Source: Paragordius varius
Lineage: Eukaryota; Animalia; Nematomorpha
DNA length: 64,000 nt
Assembly: GCA_964247055.1 (NCBI GenBank)
Contig: OZ176052.1
Coordinates: 11,594,001 to 11,658,000 of the forward strand
Reading direction: 5' to 3'
A model generated the notes under the pieces. That model saw only the letters and a list, made by a program, of their open reading frames with translations, ran no database searches and had not been told where the DNA came from. Within the stretch, counting starts at the first letter, position 1, and each line of letters starts with the position of its first letter. The position numbers and the translations under genes are program-made. This document shows positions 27,524 through 41,780 of the stretch, one piece after another.

Positions 27524-30500
27524 TAAATAAAATTTCAATTATATGTCATATGTTCTAACAATGCGTTAGTACTTAGGCATGAACTTGATTTCGACGTCAT
27601 TATTTAATTTTTTACTATTTTATTTTTAAATTCGTTTCAAAAATTGATTATTTTGTAAGAACCTTATGAAATAATCGACAATATTATTAATATATATTTT
27701 CTCCTGAAACCATTTTTGTCCCTATTAAGCTTATATAGATATTCCACCTCTAAAATCTAATCGACATGATTTCAATTAAAACGGCCCAAAATTAAGTTTG
27801 GTTGTATATAAATTTGTCGTAGGCCTGAAACAATGTCAGATCTAAAATACTAATAAAGTTTCGTTTTATAAAATTTTGTGGATTATCTATCAGCCATATA
27901 AACTTTATCCTGTTTTGATAAATTTTTAATTAGGGTGAACCCCCTTGTTAAAAGGTCAATAAAGTTCCGGTATTACTTCTTTTTATAATTGAAATTTTAA
28001 TGATTATGTAATATATAATCCAAATACCTTTTATCCTAAATGAAACTTAATAAAATTAATTTATAAAATATTTTAATCCATATAATGTGTAATATTAATT
28101 AAAACGATATGAACATTTTATTTATTTGTTTACCATATTATAATACCTTTTTACATATATATACTAAATATATAAAGACGCATATGAAATGTAATTTTGA
28201 TATTCCCAATCAAAATTTTATTCGAAAAGAGGTATTATACTAAAAAGTTATCTAAAAATTTTATATCCAGACCATTCAAATACCCGATTATTTTTAAAGA
28301 AAAATCATACAATTAAATGTTAGATATTATCCCGAGCTTTTTTATCATAACTGTCAGCTCCCTAAGCTAAAATTAGTTAAGGTTTTTTCTTTGTAATTAT
28401 AAAATAGTTTCCTTCAAATATGGGCGAAATTTTGGCCCATTAAAAATATTTTGCCATGATTTAACTTTTAATGCTCTAAATAGTTTAGAAAATGTCATTT
28501 GTCGATTCGTTTAATTTCAAACATAATTTTTTAAATTATTTACTCGACAGTAAACATTCTCTATAGTGTATTGGACGAAATATAAATATACAAGTGCATA
28601 CACTTCAAAGCAGGAGTTAGAAGTTGTGTTTAATTTATGGTGGTCATTAATTTTATTATGTAACATATAATATTTACAGCATAAGAACATTTTCAAACTA
28701 AAGATTGTAAACAGTTATATTTCTTTAGGGTATTGATTTTGCAACGCCCCTCCCCTACAATCGTTTTAATGATCCCCTAAAAGTTACTTGTTTTCAAATA
28801 ATAAAGGGATTTATGTAACATATTTTAATTCGCTGACTCATTGCTTAATATAACAACATACTAAAAGGAAGCTCTCTTTTAAAATGATATTAATCTTTAT
28901 TTGTAATAGATATTTTACAACGGTTATATGAGAAAGTGGCCAACATTAGCTTCGTAAATAATGTGTATTTTGTGTTGTTTCATAAGTTATTTTTCTTTAA
29001 CCGGCCTAACCAAAACTTCACAATCAAAATCATACAGCAAAGAGTAACATATAATTGGTGTTTAGGGTTATTTAATTAGTTAGTATTGAAAAAAAATTCA
29101 TCTTTAATAAAATTCTTTTGGACAGATATTATTTCATGTTACCTGATATTAAATTATAACGAAACACATTGGAAGAAAGAAAGAGTTTTTTTTAGATAAA
29201 AATGGATAATTACAGATGGTTGGTTGTATTTCTATTGCCATAAATATTTACCGACATACATACATAATTAAAATAAAAAGTAATTAATTTATTATTCAAG
29301 GGTATCATAAGGAAAAACTTAATTTTTGTTTATTGTAAAATTTGTCCTCCCTCATACACATGTTAATTAAATTGATGAATTTCAATTTTATAGTAACACT
29401 CAAAAAATAAAAATCACATTGTGTTTGATTTTTAGTGTAGTTTAGTTTAACTTTAGAGGTTAAAATAATTATGTAATTACTACTTGCCTGCCTATTTGTG
29501 AACATTTTACGCGAAAATTGACAAAATACAAATATAATATCTAATACATATTTATGAAAAAAAAATGTTATTTCTAAACTTTTGAAAGTAATTTTCAAGT
29601 ATATTTTGCTGACTTGAGAGTACCTAAATTTTGTAGAATAGGTATATATTTAATATTATCAAAAGATATAACAAGTTATATATGTCATATATATATATAT
29701 ATATATACATAACATAAGTACTATTTATCAATGTATCGTACCAAGGTGATAAAAAATATTTTTATATTTAGTCATCTATCTCCACATTTATAATCTATAA
29801 CATTAACGTTTAGTTTTGTAATTCATCTGAAATTATATTTGGTGCAATCGTTTTATCTATAATTTTGGATCCGATCCAAAAAAGTATATATTAATTTTAT
29901 TTATCAAATCCATTTTGAATTTGAAGTTAATAATAATGCAGCATATATGATAATATATCAAAACACCAAAAAAATGTGTCACAAAGAGAGGACTTTGAAC
30001 CTCAAGCATGGCTAAACTACTGCTTTGTCCGTTCGCATGAGAAGACATATAATCAAAAAATCGATTATTTTCAATTACATCCATTATTATTATTATTCTG
30101 AAAATACTGACAAAAAAAAGTTTAATCGAAAATAGAGATGAATGGAAATAGGCTAATGTTATACATGTATAAATAAAATTTCATAGAAAGATTCTTACAT
30201 TTTTACTACAAAATGATTCATTTACTGTATGTGTATACTAATTTATGTATTCAACTCCAAATGTGTTTTGTGGTTTAGTAATAATTTAGCTTATTATATT
30301 TTTACCAGTATTCACGATAAAGCGTTATAATTATTTAGTATTAAAGATTATTGCACAAGATTATATTTTCTAGCTCATATTTTTTAATCTAAAAATTTTA
30401 TCAGATCAACTTAAAATTTGCGCATACTATCAAATCTAAAAACGTTTAAAATTAAAAGGCAATTATTAATGTTGGGTGTGGTTCTCATAATTATATATGT

Positions 30501-31078
30501 TAGTTATAAAGTCTGACAGATTCACGGTTATAAATTAATTTTTTTTCAAATACTTTTAATTAATTTATAAGATTAAGCTTATCTTTAAGGATTGCTCTTG
30601 AGAGGCAGTTAAATATGCTTCAGTTATAGTAAAAATCTTTTTTTGTGGTTACAATATACCAAACAAGAGAGGTAACTGAGTGAGCGCTTATAACAACTTT
30701 TCAATCGAGTGAGAAAATATAGAGATTTATAAAAAACGTGCTCTTTGTTATCTCGAAAAACACATCTTTGTAGAATTAGAATTGCAGCTTTTTTCTTTCA
30801 TTCATGCTAATGTATCTATTTATTTCTCCGTAGGTAGCAAAAATGATAGAATAGTATTAAAAATTCATTACATACAAATTTAAAAATGAAAATCAGTAAT
30901 TTTATTTCATGCTTGGTAATGATTTTTTCCCGGCATATTTATTATATATCGGCAAATTTATATAATTTTATTTATTCGAAAAAAAAAACACCTTAAATTC
31001 TGTATTTTTTTCTAAACACAGTTATCATTTCCTGGTACCAAAAAATACAAATTTTAAATTTGTTGCGAAAAACATAAT

Positions 31079-34000
31079 ATGAAACTTCTTAACGGGATTG
31101 ATATTATGTCTCCCATCTACAAATCCATCAATCTCAACGGAAGTCACCAGGTATTTTTGTCATTAATTAAATTTTTGTTAGAAATTTTTAATTTCTCGAA
31201 AAGAATTTGGTAGTAAGGAAAGTGCTTATGTAAAAAATCATGGTGTATAGATTTTTGTAAAAATTATTTTTATAATAATAATAATGATGATGTTAAAATG
31301 CGAAAAATCAATAAAAATGTTTGCCCAGTACTAGGCGCACCACATCACAAATTAAACTTAAATATCCATATGATTTTTATGTATTTAGGAAAACTCCTCT
31401 TCCTTATTTCTTGCTCTTTTATAAATCTCTATTTTTCCAAAAAAACAGACTGAGCACTCTTGTATTTTTATTTTAAAAATACAGACTTTTCGGGAAAAAA
31501 ACGTTATTTACTCCTATGTATTTCTAATATTTATATTTGTACCCATGTACACAAACAACTTGATTTTTAGCAGAATTCTAACCTTTTTGGCGATGGAAAT
31601 TTTTTGAAAACTCAAAAATCACATTTGGCTACCACAACAAGTAACACTATCAAAGCCCTACAATCCATTAACCATAACATAAATTTGCACAAACAAATTA
31701 ATTTGCGAAATCCTTTTCATCATGTTTCCGAAAACAATTATAATAATTTAAACAAGAAATTCCAAAATGGTATATCAAGAACCAATGAACCAAATAACAA
31801 AACTTCGACTTCTACCACAGCGTTTAGGATGCGTCACTATGATTCTCGAAATGGCCTGTTAAACAATGGTAATGTCATTAGGGCCCCGATATCAACGAAT
31901 ACAGAAATAAACGAAACATTTTCACACAAAATTCATAATAATTATAAAGTTACAAGTGTTAATTCAAGCATAATTTCTAATAATATAAATGATAGTATAC
32001 AAAATTTTAAGGATAATATTGATCCACATTCCAATACTAAAGGCAAAAAGGTACAAATATCACAAAACACGCCAGATGTCATAGGCTTCGGTGGCCAAGA
32101 ATGGTTTTTTGTTACACATCATTACAACAATGACACCATCACAAATGAAAATATAACTAATAATTTCGAAACGACAGATTCCTTGTTTCTGAATAATCAA
32201 AATAATTTGCTTAAAAATAAGCACCCTTTCTCTCAAGTTCAAGGAACAGAGTTTATTGAAAAAAATTCTAATCGATCCAATAATGACGATTGCAGCGATG
32301 ATGATTTGAGTTTTTTGTCGTCAGATCCAACCCTTACACCTGATGAAATTGGTGAATGGCGAAAACGTATATACCAAACTCTCATAAATACGGAATTTAA
32401 TGCCATATCCAAAAATCTTTCATCTGACGCTATTCCATTTTCTTCATTTAAGGATACAAATCAAAATACCATCGTCAACAACACTTCTGCAACAACTAAT
32501 CTATTAGATTCAAACTCTATTTTATCGCAGGCTCATACCGATTTTACCCAATTTCTTTCTGATTCCTTTGGACAGGCAGAAGGAATCTCAAATTCAAGAA
32601 ATATATTTCAACCATTAGAAACTAATTTGTATCCCATAACACAAAACGAAACAATTCAAACCTCTTCGCCAAGTCCAAAAACGATGCCATCTGAAGAACA
32701 ACTTTCTCCAACAAATTTACACATGGTCAAAAATAAAAAAGATGGTAAAAATTTTGGATGGTTCAAAAAATCTAATCCTCCTCCATCAGAAAAGAAACTA
32801 TCTGAAAACTTTTGTGACACTAATGCTGGTTTGAAGGAAGATATCATGCCTTCATTTGATTGTTTAAATCGTTCACCTTCACCTCCACTTCTTGATCTAA
32901 ATTGTGATTTAATGAGCGAATTTTCAAAATATTTTTCGGATTTGTCTACCTTTAACGATACAGCAACCAACGAAAAAATTATAGACAACCATCATGATAA
33001 TAATAATGATACGGAACATTCTTCGACAGGCTTGTTGCAAGAAATAGATGAGACTTTTAAAAAGAGCGTAATATCAGACTCATTACCGAATGATAATCAA
33101 AGAGAAAAGGAATCAAAACCTTTATCCAATCAACAAGCTCTTAGGGAGAACGGGATGGATGCGACAGCAGCAGACCAACAACAGTCAAACAAACATAACA
33201 ATAAAGATTTTAAAGTTGATGAAAACGTGAAATTCCATCAAAGCCCAACGATTATTCCCGTAACACCTATTGCTGAACCGTCCCCACTGTACGAAGAATT
33301 AGACTGCAATCAACACAATCAAACGATTAAAAACCATGCTCATAATACCGTATTCCATTCATCAAATGCTTCACCATTGTTATCCTCTAATCATGTTTCA
33401 AATAACAGAATTGATTTGCGAGAATCTCCTTTCGAACCAAACAACACTTCAAAAGGAAGTTCAATATCATCATTTTCAGATGATTTAGATGTGATTCCCC
33501 AACCTGCCCGAAAAAATTCGCTTGTAAATAATTTGTTGAACAGGTCAATTTTCAAACATGTCACCTCATCCCCACAAAACAATAATTCGAAAAACGATGC
33601 AGATAAAAACGATACTATTGTATCACGAAAAAATGCGAACGACGTCAAAAAACTGGATATCGTTCATATGTTTGATCCATCTCTCGAAGACAATGCCACG
33701 CATAATTCTACTGAAACTAAAACGCCCGAAAAATTGTGTCATTCTGAGTTACCCGCCAGGAAAGCGATTCAAAATTTTTGTGAAAAAAAGGAAGGAAAAA
33801 ATGGCCAAACCTCTTTCTTAGATTTGATGAATAAGAAGAGTTTTGCTTCTCGGCAACGCATAATAAAATTTGATTCCAAATTAGCAACCATAGCCCAAAC
33901 ACTTAATCAAAACAATTCAGATTCCAACATATCTTTGTCGGAGCATTCACACAATGAAGTTATTAGTAAAACCCAAATTAATATAAAAGATCAATCTACC

Positions 34001-36703
34001 ATGGGTAATGAACTTCAATCCAATCTTCTCAATAATTTTCATGAGAACATTCCAGCTACTTTTGATGTGAAGCCAATAACAAATTCGCAACCGATAGCCA
34101 CGCATAAATCAGCGTCAATGAGCCATACAGATATCTCTAAACTTGAATTTAAAGACATGTTTTCTCTACAAGAGAAGAAAGATTATTCCGATGATTTAGA
34201 CATTTCCAAAGATCATATGCGATCAAATACCAAGCCAAATCGGTCTAAAAGTTTGGATAAAACATCACTTCTTGCAAACTTGCATAATTCAAATAAGTTA
34301 TGTCCTAATGCTAACACCCTTTTACCATCCCAACACATTGCATCTGAAGTTACGAGTCTTATTTCAACGCCTTGTGCAGAAAATAACCATGAATTTAATG
34401 ATTCAATACCATCATTCCTTCACAGTTCAACTCGCACTTTAAATTTCCACACAGGATTTATGGACTCTAAAAAAAGTCGCATCGCACACAACAATATAAA
34501 TATTAATTTTAACAATTTTAAAAGGCATAGTACCCAATCATTTAATGACAAATTTTTTTCGCTAAAAAATTTTTTCCGTAAACCTAATTCTGGAAATGGT
34601 AATGGACACTCTTCAAAAAACGTAAGGTCTAGTTTTGGTCCAATTTTAAAAAATGTTTTGTTAAATCATAGTCGTACAGATTCTACGACAAATATTAATT
34701 TAACTGTAAAATCTGTGCAATCTAAATGTGATACGACCGATTATAATAATAATACAACTCGACACCATTTAGCCAAAGATTTATTTAATCCCAATAATAG
34801 CAAACATAACTCAAACAGAATGAATGGCGACGTAAGCGACAAAACAAAAAGCACCCTCGATGCGAATCTCCTTAACATTCCCACAGCATTGTCCATAACA
34901 TCGGCCATGGATTCGTTTAGCAGTGGTGGAGATTCGAGTAATTTTAGTAATAATGAAAGTGACGAAAATTGGAGCTCAAATTCTTCCGTTAAACCCACCA
35001 AAACGCAAATTAATGGTCATCACACTAGAAACTCTCAACCCGCTATGGATAATACAAATTCGATCGTGGATACTACACAAAATTTATATCAAAACACACC
35101 GACTTTAACCCATAAAACATTGGTGTCTGACAGCATTACCAATAACAATAATAGTTGGATGGAAAAAGATTCATCTGTACCCCCACCCCTACCCGAACGA
35201 AAAATTATGCCACATCTGGAACCACACAAATTTGAGGAGATTAAAAACACTGTAATAACTATAGAAGAATGTAAACCTATTATACCTGCTATTCAGCTAA
35301 TACCCCTACCCCCAATTCCAGAGCGCTCTAATAAGATTGCAAAATCTACAACACAAAATTCCAACGTTAAAACTATTGGCAATCAGAAAAAACCAATCGT
35401 AAATGAATCGTCTCTAATGATGCCAGCGAACTACAATACATCCTCATCTTCTGAGGTAAAAACGACTTAATTGTATTATTATTAAATCTAATTTATTTAA
35501 CCTGTAAACATGGAGAACACTATTTGTATCAAACAATTGAAATTTATGATAAATATTTAATTTTTTATGATAATCCAAGTGCTTTATTACAATAAATATT
35601 TGTATTGTGGTTCGAATCATAAAATTTTTATGACTTTTTTATTATTATAATTTTAACAATTTTTTAATATATATATATATATGTATATATATATATTGTA
35701 TTTGCTTAAGCATTTCTCGTCTGGAGATGGAACAAATTTCATAAATAGTAATAGCAAAGGGAAAGAAAGGAATTCTTTGATGGCAAACCATGCCGCCGGC
35801 ATTCGAGGAAGCAATCGAAATATTTCAAAGCCAAAAGTTCCCCCACCTAAACCACCTCCTCAATCAAATAAATCCTGTGATCCTGTAAAAGTATATAAAC
35901 GTACTTTTATGCGTTATTTTTTTATGAGAGCGCTCCTAAGTTATAATAAAATAGGTTGCGTCATTTAGAAGTTTGATTAAATTTATTTTTTATTACGACT
36001 ATTCTTTGATCCAAATATGGTTTTAAATTATAAACAGTCTTATAAACAATTATATTAGATTCCACCGCGCGAACAACTCGTCAAGAGCAAAGATGAGCGT
36101 TCAATTGTAATTTCGAATATAAAGAAAAAGCCGACGATACCGAGTAAACCTCCAAAACTTTGTGCTAAAGGAAAAGGTTTTTTTACGAGATATTTCTTTG
36201 AAAAGTGATCTAGAGTTATTTCATTCAATATAGACATATAAATTTGTGCAATATTATGCAATACAGTAAAATCTCCAGAACATCGTGTGAACGTCGTCCC
36301 TTTAACTGATATAGTCGCCCAAATTTCGACATTAAAGCCCATAGAACCTGTGGAGAATTTTTCAACACAAAATGGATGTAATCCGTCTCCTAATCAAGGT
36401 ATGATGGAAGAGTATGAGGCTTATTTAACTCCAATCATTGATACAACCGCTATGGAAAGGCCAAATTTAACATCCACTGATTGTTGCAATAATTTAATTA
36501 AACCAAACCCGATGGAAAAAAATATAGCTGTTACTAAGCACCACACACCTCTCTTTAAAGAGAGCCCACTTAAGGAAAAATGTACGAAAACTGTGTTAGC
36601 TGAAACTAGCAATATTATAGTTTTGGAGGAGGATCAAAGGAAACTTATTATGGCCGGTTTAAAACCGAGTGAAATTAAGCAAAAACTTAAATTAAAAAAA
36701 TAA
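31079..36703 (+). CDS. Uncharacterised ~1563-aa Asn/Ser/Thr-rich, probably disordered protein with several PxxP motifs; 5 exons including a 3885-nt exon
   Basis: Exons 31079-31150, 31571-35455, 35711-35890, 36059-36176, 36267-36703 (4692 nt, in phase). A 3.9-kb stop-free frame in AT-rich DNA cannot be chance. Motifs PPPLPERK, PLPPIPER, VPPPKPPP, PTIPSKPPK. No globular domain recognised; the first exon is the least certain. Confidence 0.85.
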
Positions 36704-37248
36704 GATATTATATTTTAAATATGTATGTTTAAATTCGTAATATTAGCTTTGAAATTATTTTAAATACAAATATTATATGAGAATATGAGCTCAAATCATA
36801 CTTATTATAAATGAATGGCAATGTTTTAACAGCACAAGAATATTTTTTAGATTTTCCTGGAATCTCAGATATTTCCATTATATACGTGATGTAGAACTTT
36901 AAAATATTAAAATTTATATAATATATCTCACCACAGATCCGCGCTATTATATGATCATGCATTTATTAATTATAAATGTTAATTAAAATTTTCGTACATT
37001 CATATATTTGCCATCAATTTTTGATATGTATGTTATGAAATAAATAAAGCACCTGTGCAATAATTATTAATTAATTTTTGAGAGAAATATTTAATTTTTT
37101 ATCATATTTGGATTGCAGTGTAATTACAATATAATACATATATGCATATATTTAGGATAAACTAATTTCTAGCCGCGATTTAGGTTGTCGTCTGACTCTT
37201 TAAGTCACCTAATTTTTATTAAACAAATTAAAAAATTGTTTGATGGAA

Positions 37249-40200
37249 TTACAAAATAATTTGTTGTTGATGTGAATGCTTCTTTTGGCCCTGTTTCAAT
37301 TTAGTTTTCTTGAAATCTTCCAATTCCTCACCTCTCATAATCAATTGTAAATCATCGCTTTCATCATCTTCTGTATTTGCATCATCAACACCAATTAACA
37401 TTGCATCAGGATTAATATTTGATTCCTTATCTATTGGATTCATCAAAATATCTGTATCTTGCTGTTGTTGGTACGAAGCAATTTTTAACTTTGTTCGTTC
37501 ATGCAAATTTTTTGAGCTTGGATTAGAGTTTTGAGGATATAACCCAAAATCAATGAGATCCTCGTCGCCGCGTACTCTAACATTGTAAAATAAGTAATCC
37601 AACATGAGATGGTACGTTCCCTTGATTTCATGGAAGGCAAACGGATAAAAACTGCAACAATCATAACCCTGTGATGTAAAATTTGAGTTTAAATTATGTA
37701 ATTAGTGATTCAAAAGGAATATATTAATTGGCGCATACTGAAAAATATATTTTTTGTGCATTAAATGATATCCTTTCGCCTATTTTGTTTGTATACCGTA
37801 TACACATAATGTTGGTCAATTTACATTATTTTTTGTTAATTCGCAATACAATAGGGTATAAAACAACATTTCTATCAAACAACTTCTTTCTATGTTACAA
37901 CATTAAATTTTTTATCATAGACAAAATTTGTTTTATACCATGCGCTACTGTATCACAAATTTATGAACATCAATGTGAGTTGACCAGCATTAATATACTG
38001 AAAATCTATATTTTATAAAAATGGAAAAGTTTGGCTTTGTGTGTTTCCGGAAAACCGGTACACCCATTCAAATCCAAATGTCGAAAAAATATAATCATTA
38101 ATGAATGCCCTGACAAAAACTTCGCCATTTATTTGCCCAGTTTGGGCCCACCCCTGGTAAAAAACGGTTTTTTTGAAAACAGTCCACAAAAATTGTCTTG
38201 AGAAAATTTTCCGGAAAACGTGTTTTCGATTTCAAATATCATTTTTATTTACTTTTTTTCAATTGCGCCGAACATAGTCGCTCGCTTTTTTAATTTAGTC
38301 CCCCCTTTTTAACCTGCTTCCCTGCAAAATGCTATTTTTTTCCAAAAAATTGAATCTATTTTTCGTTCAAGGAATGAGACCGTATAACCAATAAATTTCA
38401 TACTAGCTTATTTTAATAATCAATTATATAATAACATTAAAGCAGGCCGCATGCAGCCCTTCGAGATATTAGTGCGGCCTACGGATAAATTTGTACATCC
38501 ATATTTTGCAAATTTATGCTCATAAGCTCTTAGCATATTGGTTTCATTTATAATTTATATAAAAATGGTCATTCAATTAGCTACCAACCTGAAAAAAAAT
38601 GTTATATAGTGTTTGCATTTTACACTATTATGTTTAAAATTTAATAAAATATTTTATGCCCATTATTGATACGGCGAAGCTATTTGTGTTAGACACCTCT
38701 GTATTAAAGCCAATATTATATAGTTTTTCTATTTGCTTTACTTTTATTAATAATTTATGATTAAAGTTATATAATGCATCTATTATACTTTTTGCAACAA
38801 ATTTTTGTATTCGTATTCATATTCCTCCCTAAACCAACTAGGAATTTTGTTTGCCATCAAGTCTCCAGCCCTAAAAACGAGTATTCGTTCCCGACCCAAA
38901 AAGTCAACTGTGTCTCTGCCTTTTGCACCTGAAACTAAGGATAGGCAAAAGGATGTTTTCCAATCCTCAGCGTCGCCATAATGATCTTCTAACAAACATT
39001 GCGGTTTTTTCAAAACTACATCCGTTACAAAAGTTTTGAGAGATTTCCTCGTAAGTATAAGACCGCTCCCTGCTTGATCAAACGGTTCTTTAGTTTGGCC
39101 CAGAAGGGTTTTTTGAGCAAAGAATTCCAAAGCATTGGGGTCCTTGTCCGCCAAAAATAATTTAAGATTTTCCACTACCACGTATACATCATCATCGGTT
39201 TTGAGGAAAAAATCGTAATCCTGTCCGTAATGTTTGTAAATATATCGCCAAGCTCGGATAGTTTTCACTATATTGTTATTCCTAATAAACATGCAAGTAA
39301 AAGTATAAATTTAATATAATAAAATGTTTATATCCGTTATTTTACCAAAATACCACAAATAAATTAATTGATATCCATAATATACTTGGTTTCTTTTCTC
39401 TGTTTTATGTTAAGTCCAATTGTAGGAAAGGATGTATTGGAGTTATCACTTTGGAAAAAGAGTGTTTTGTCACAACGACGTGCCCAACTTTCTCGAATAT
39501 AAATTGCACGATTGAGCAAATTTTGTCGTCTGGTCAATATCCAGCAAAATACTTTGATTTTTGGAAAAGCTTTGACTAACACCAAAAAGAAAATTATAAA
39601 AAAAATTGAAATAGTAGTATAACTTTTTAGCGATAAATTTTATGTAGGGCAATTGTGTTTTAAGAAATATCATAATCATTATTTCAATATTAATTTCATA
39701 ATTCAAAAATTTACAAATTTAGGTTTAAAATTTTTAATATTATTAATATTTGGTACCATAAATTCCTATATCAATTTTATTATTTAGTATGTACACAATC
39801 AATAAATTACCTAATAAACTCCTATGTTAATTAATTGGTATCCATGCTTATTCTGTTCTGAATACATATAAACCTGGTAAATAAACCATAAGTCAATATC
39901 TATATATAATTCTAAAACTTATGACTTAAAATTTGTATTCAATTTTGATTACCGAAACAAGCCTTTAAAATATACGATTCTGCCTATTGCCTATTTTATA
40001 TATTTCGTAGCGAGACGTTCCGAGGTCGGAAGAACTTGAATTATGATCGATTATAAAGACAAAAATGTTCATATGATTCACATATTCCAAAAATCATTCG
40101 TATTTAATTTGTGTATAGGTAAAAACTTTTTTAATAATTAAATATTGTAAAAGCATTTTATATTTTTGATTGATAATTATTAATAACACTGCTCAACAAG

Positions 40201-40407
40201 GTTTTGCACCACCCCATTATTTTTGCATTTTCTGATACCTAATGGCATGGAAAGGCCAAAACAAAAAAGAAAATTGAGGCCATCAATAGGATTTTTCCAA
40301 AATTTAATTTTTAAATTTGTATTTAATTCAAAAATAACAATCATTCCTCGTGTACATATGTTTAAATATTCAAACAAGCAAGTCGATACAAGTAATTTTT
40401 CATGCAT
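37249..40407 (-). CDS. C1GALT1: Core-1 beta-1,3-galactosyltransferase-like (GT31 / T-synthase family), ~459 aa
   Basis: Exons 39575-39386, 39281-38789 and 37668-37249 carry family motifs KVFCWILT, SWARRCDK, FFLKTDDDVYVVVENL (DxD), GSGLILTR, AEDWKTSFCL and CCSFYPFAFH..LDYLFYNVRV. 5' exons 40407-40190 and 40034-39976 are in phase but low confidence. Could be a paralogue rather than the orthologue. Confidence 0.85.
38441..38701 (+). mobile_element. hAT-like non-autonomous element, 5'-truncated copy
   Basis: Ends GCGAAGCTATTTGTGTTAGACACCTCTG, homologous to 52320-52585 and 42309-42618; starts with GGCCGCATGCAGCCC, a GC-rich subterminal motif of the hAT Charlie/Buster type. Confidence 0.6.
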
Positions 40408-40470
40408 GGATAACAAATTCTAGGCATTAAATAAGATACTAAACAAGCTAAGAGCCAATGTATTAAAAAT

Positions 40471-41780
40471 TTAAAAGGGCTTAGTATAGTGTGATAGATC
40501 CGGGCGGCTGCACAAGCTCTGCATATCCCCCAAGCGATCCTATAATTATGCCAGATGTGGCAAAGATAACAATAAGTAATCGTAAAGTCCGATAAGAGAG
40601 ACTTCCAAGCAAAATCTAGGTAAATTGACATGTCAAATTAACCAATTTACAGAATAAAGTTAGATAAATACAATTAAATTAAATATAAATTAGGTAAATA
40701 CAAATGGTCCAACCCCATAACAGTAAATACTACTAAAAGTGGCTACACAACATCCATCTGAAATTCAAAATACAAAACAACCAATAATTTTACAAAAATA
40801 AGGTATATCCACTAGGTATAAATAAAGGATTTTTTATAAGAACCAACTCAAGAGAAAAAGTCTAATAAGTACTCGAAAGAATGAAAACTAACAAAAAAAA
40901 TATAGCCTATATGAAAGCCGAAGGTTTAAACCATAGAATGCCTTTTTTAGTATTTTTTAAAAAAATTTTATATGTGTTAAAAATTCACTTGAAAAAAAGG
41001 ACTCAATTTTGACGTTTATGTCGTTACTATTTTTTTCTCCCTGATATTTAAATGACATATTTATATTCAAAAGATAGAGTTTAAAACGCTTTATTAAATG
41101 ATATTAAGTTTATAATATAATAACATTTAATTATAAAGTTATATTTAATTTTCTCTCGATTTTCACATGTTTTTGAAAAATTGAAAAACCTATAAAATTT
41201 CAAAATTCTGATTGGCGGGATCAAATTTTTTTTCAAATTCAGTTTTAAAACACCGAAATTAGTCATAATTTAAAAGGTTTGAGTGGTGGTGCTTAAAAAT
41301 GTCCAAATTTGTCGACTAGTGTAATGGTAATATGGTCATGAATGCACCCCATCGAATTCTGTTTTAAATCCATTTTAATAAACTGTTTGCCTAGTGGCAA
41401 CCCTTATACTTTACCTAATAGTTTATAATTTTGGCATAGATTACGATTTATTTATTAATAAAAAATATTTAATGTGTTAAACGAAATGTCAAATCGTAAT
41501 TAGTAATTAATTGATATAATTAAAACATCCCTATATTTAAACATCGAATACCATATATATTATTTACCTGGGGTAGTTTTTATTTCACTCCAATGATGTA
41601 AAGAGTCTAATTTTGTATTTGATGGGATTATACCGATTAAAACGGTTGGGATTCGTGTGAAAATACCCATTTTGGGGAAAATGTAGATCAAACAAACCAA
41701 AAGTACAAAAGTGATTGAAAAGATCTTCAAATTCTTGTTGCATGACGGGCCCGTCCAAATCGATGAATACTTTTTCCGCT
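40471..41780 (-). CDS. Candidate small multi-pass membrane protein (3' exons only)
   Basis: Three canonical, phase-compatible exons (41780-41568, 40757-40702, 40615-40471) give RKKYSSIW..KIFSITFVLLVCLIYIFPK..TTPDGCCVATFSSIYCYGVGPFILLGSLSYRTLRLLIVIFATSGIIIGSLGDMQSL..KPF-stop, with three hydrophobic segments. Upstream exon not found; family not recognised. Confidence 0.4.

Noticed and set aside
28560-29060. Coding-like fragments and three copies of GTAACATAT; TTATGTAA matches to the PAR-bZIP consensus
   Set aside because: Could not be assembled into a stop-free gene, and TTATGTAA-type motifs are expected every few kb at this AT content.
29857-30084. 75-aa minus-strand ORF MDVIENNRFFDYMSSHANG...
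   Set aside because: No recognisable domain, no in-frame splice link to KLHL10, and the 3' half is ordinary AT-rich sequence.
22425-31773. Isolated TATACCATTTA (22425) and AAATGGTATA (~31764) matches to the foldback terminus
   Set aside because: No partner end and no 21-bp units nearby; one lies inside a coding exon. Consistent with chance.
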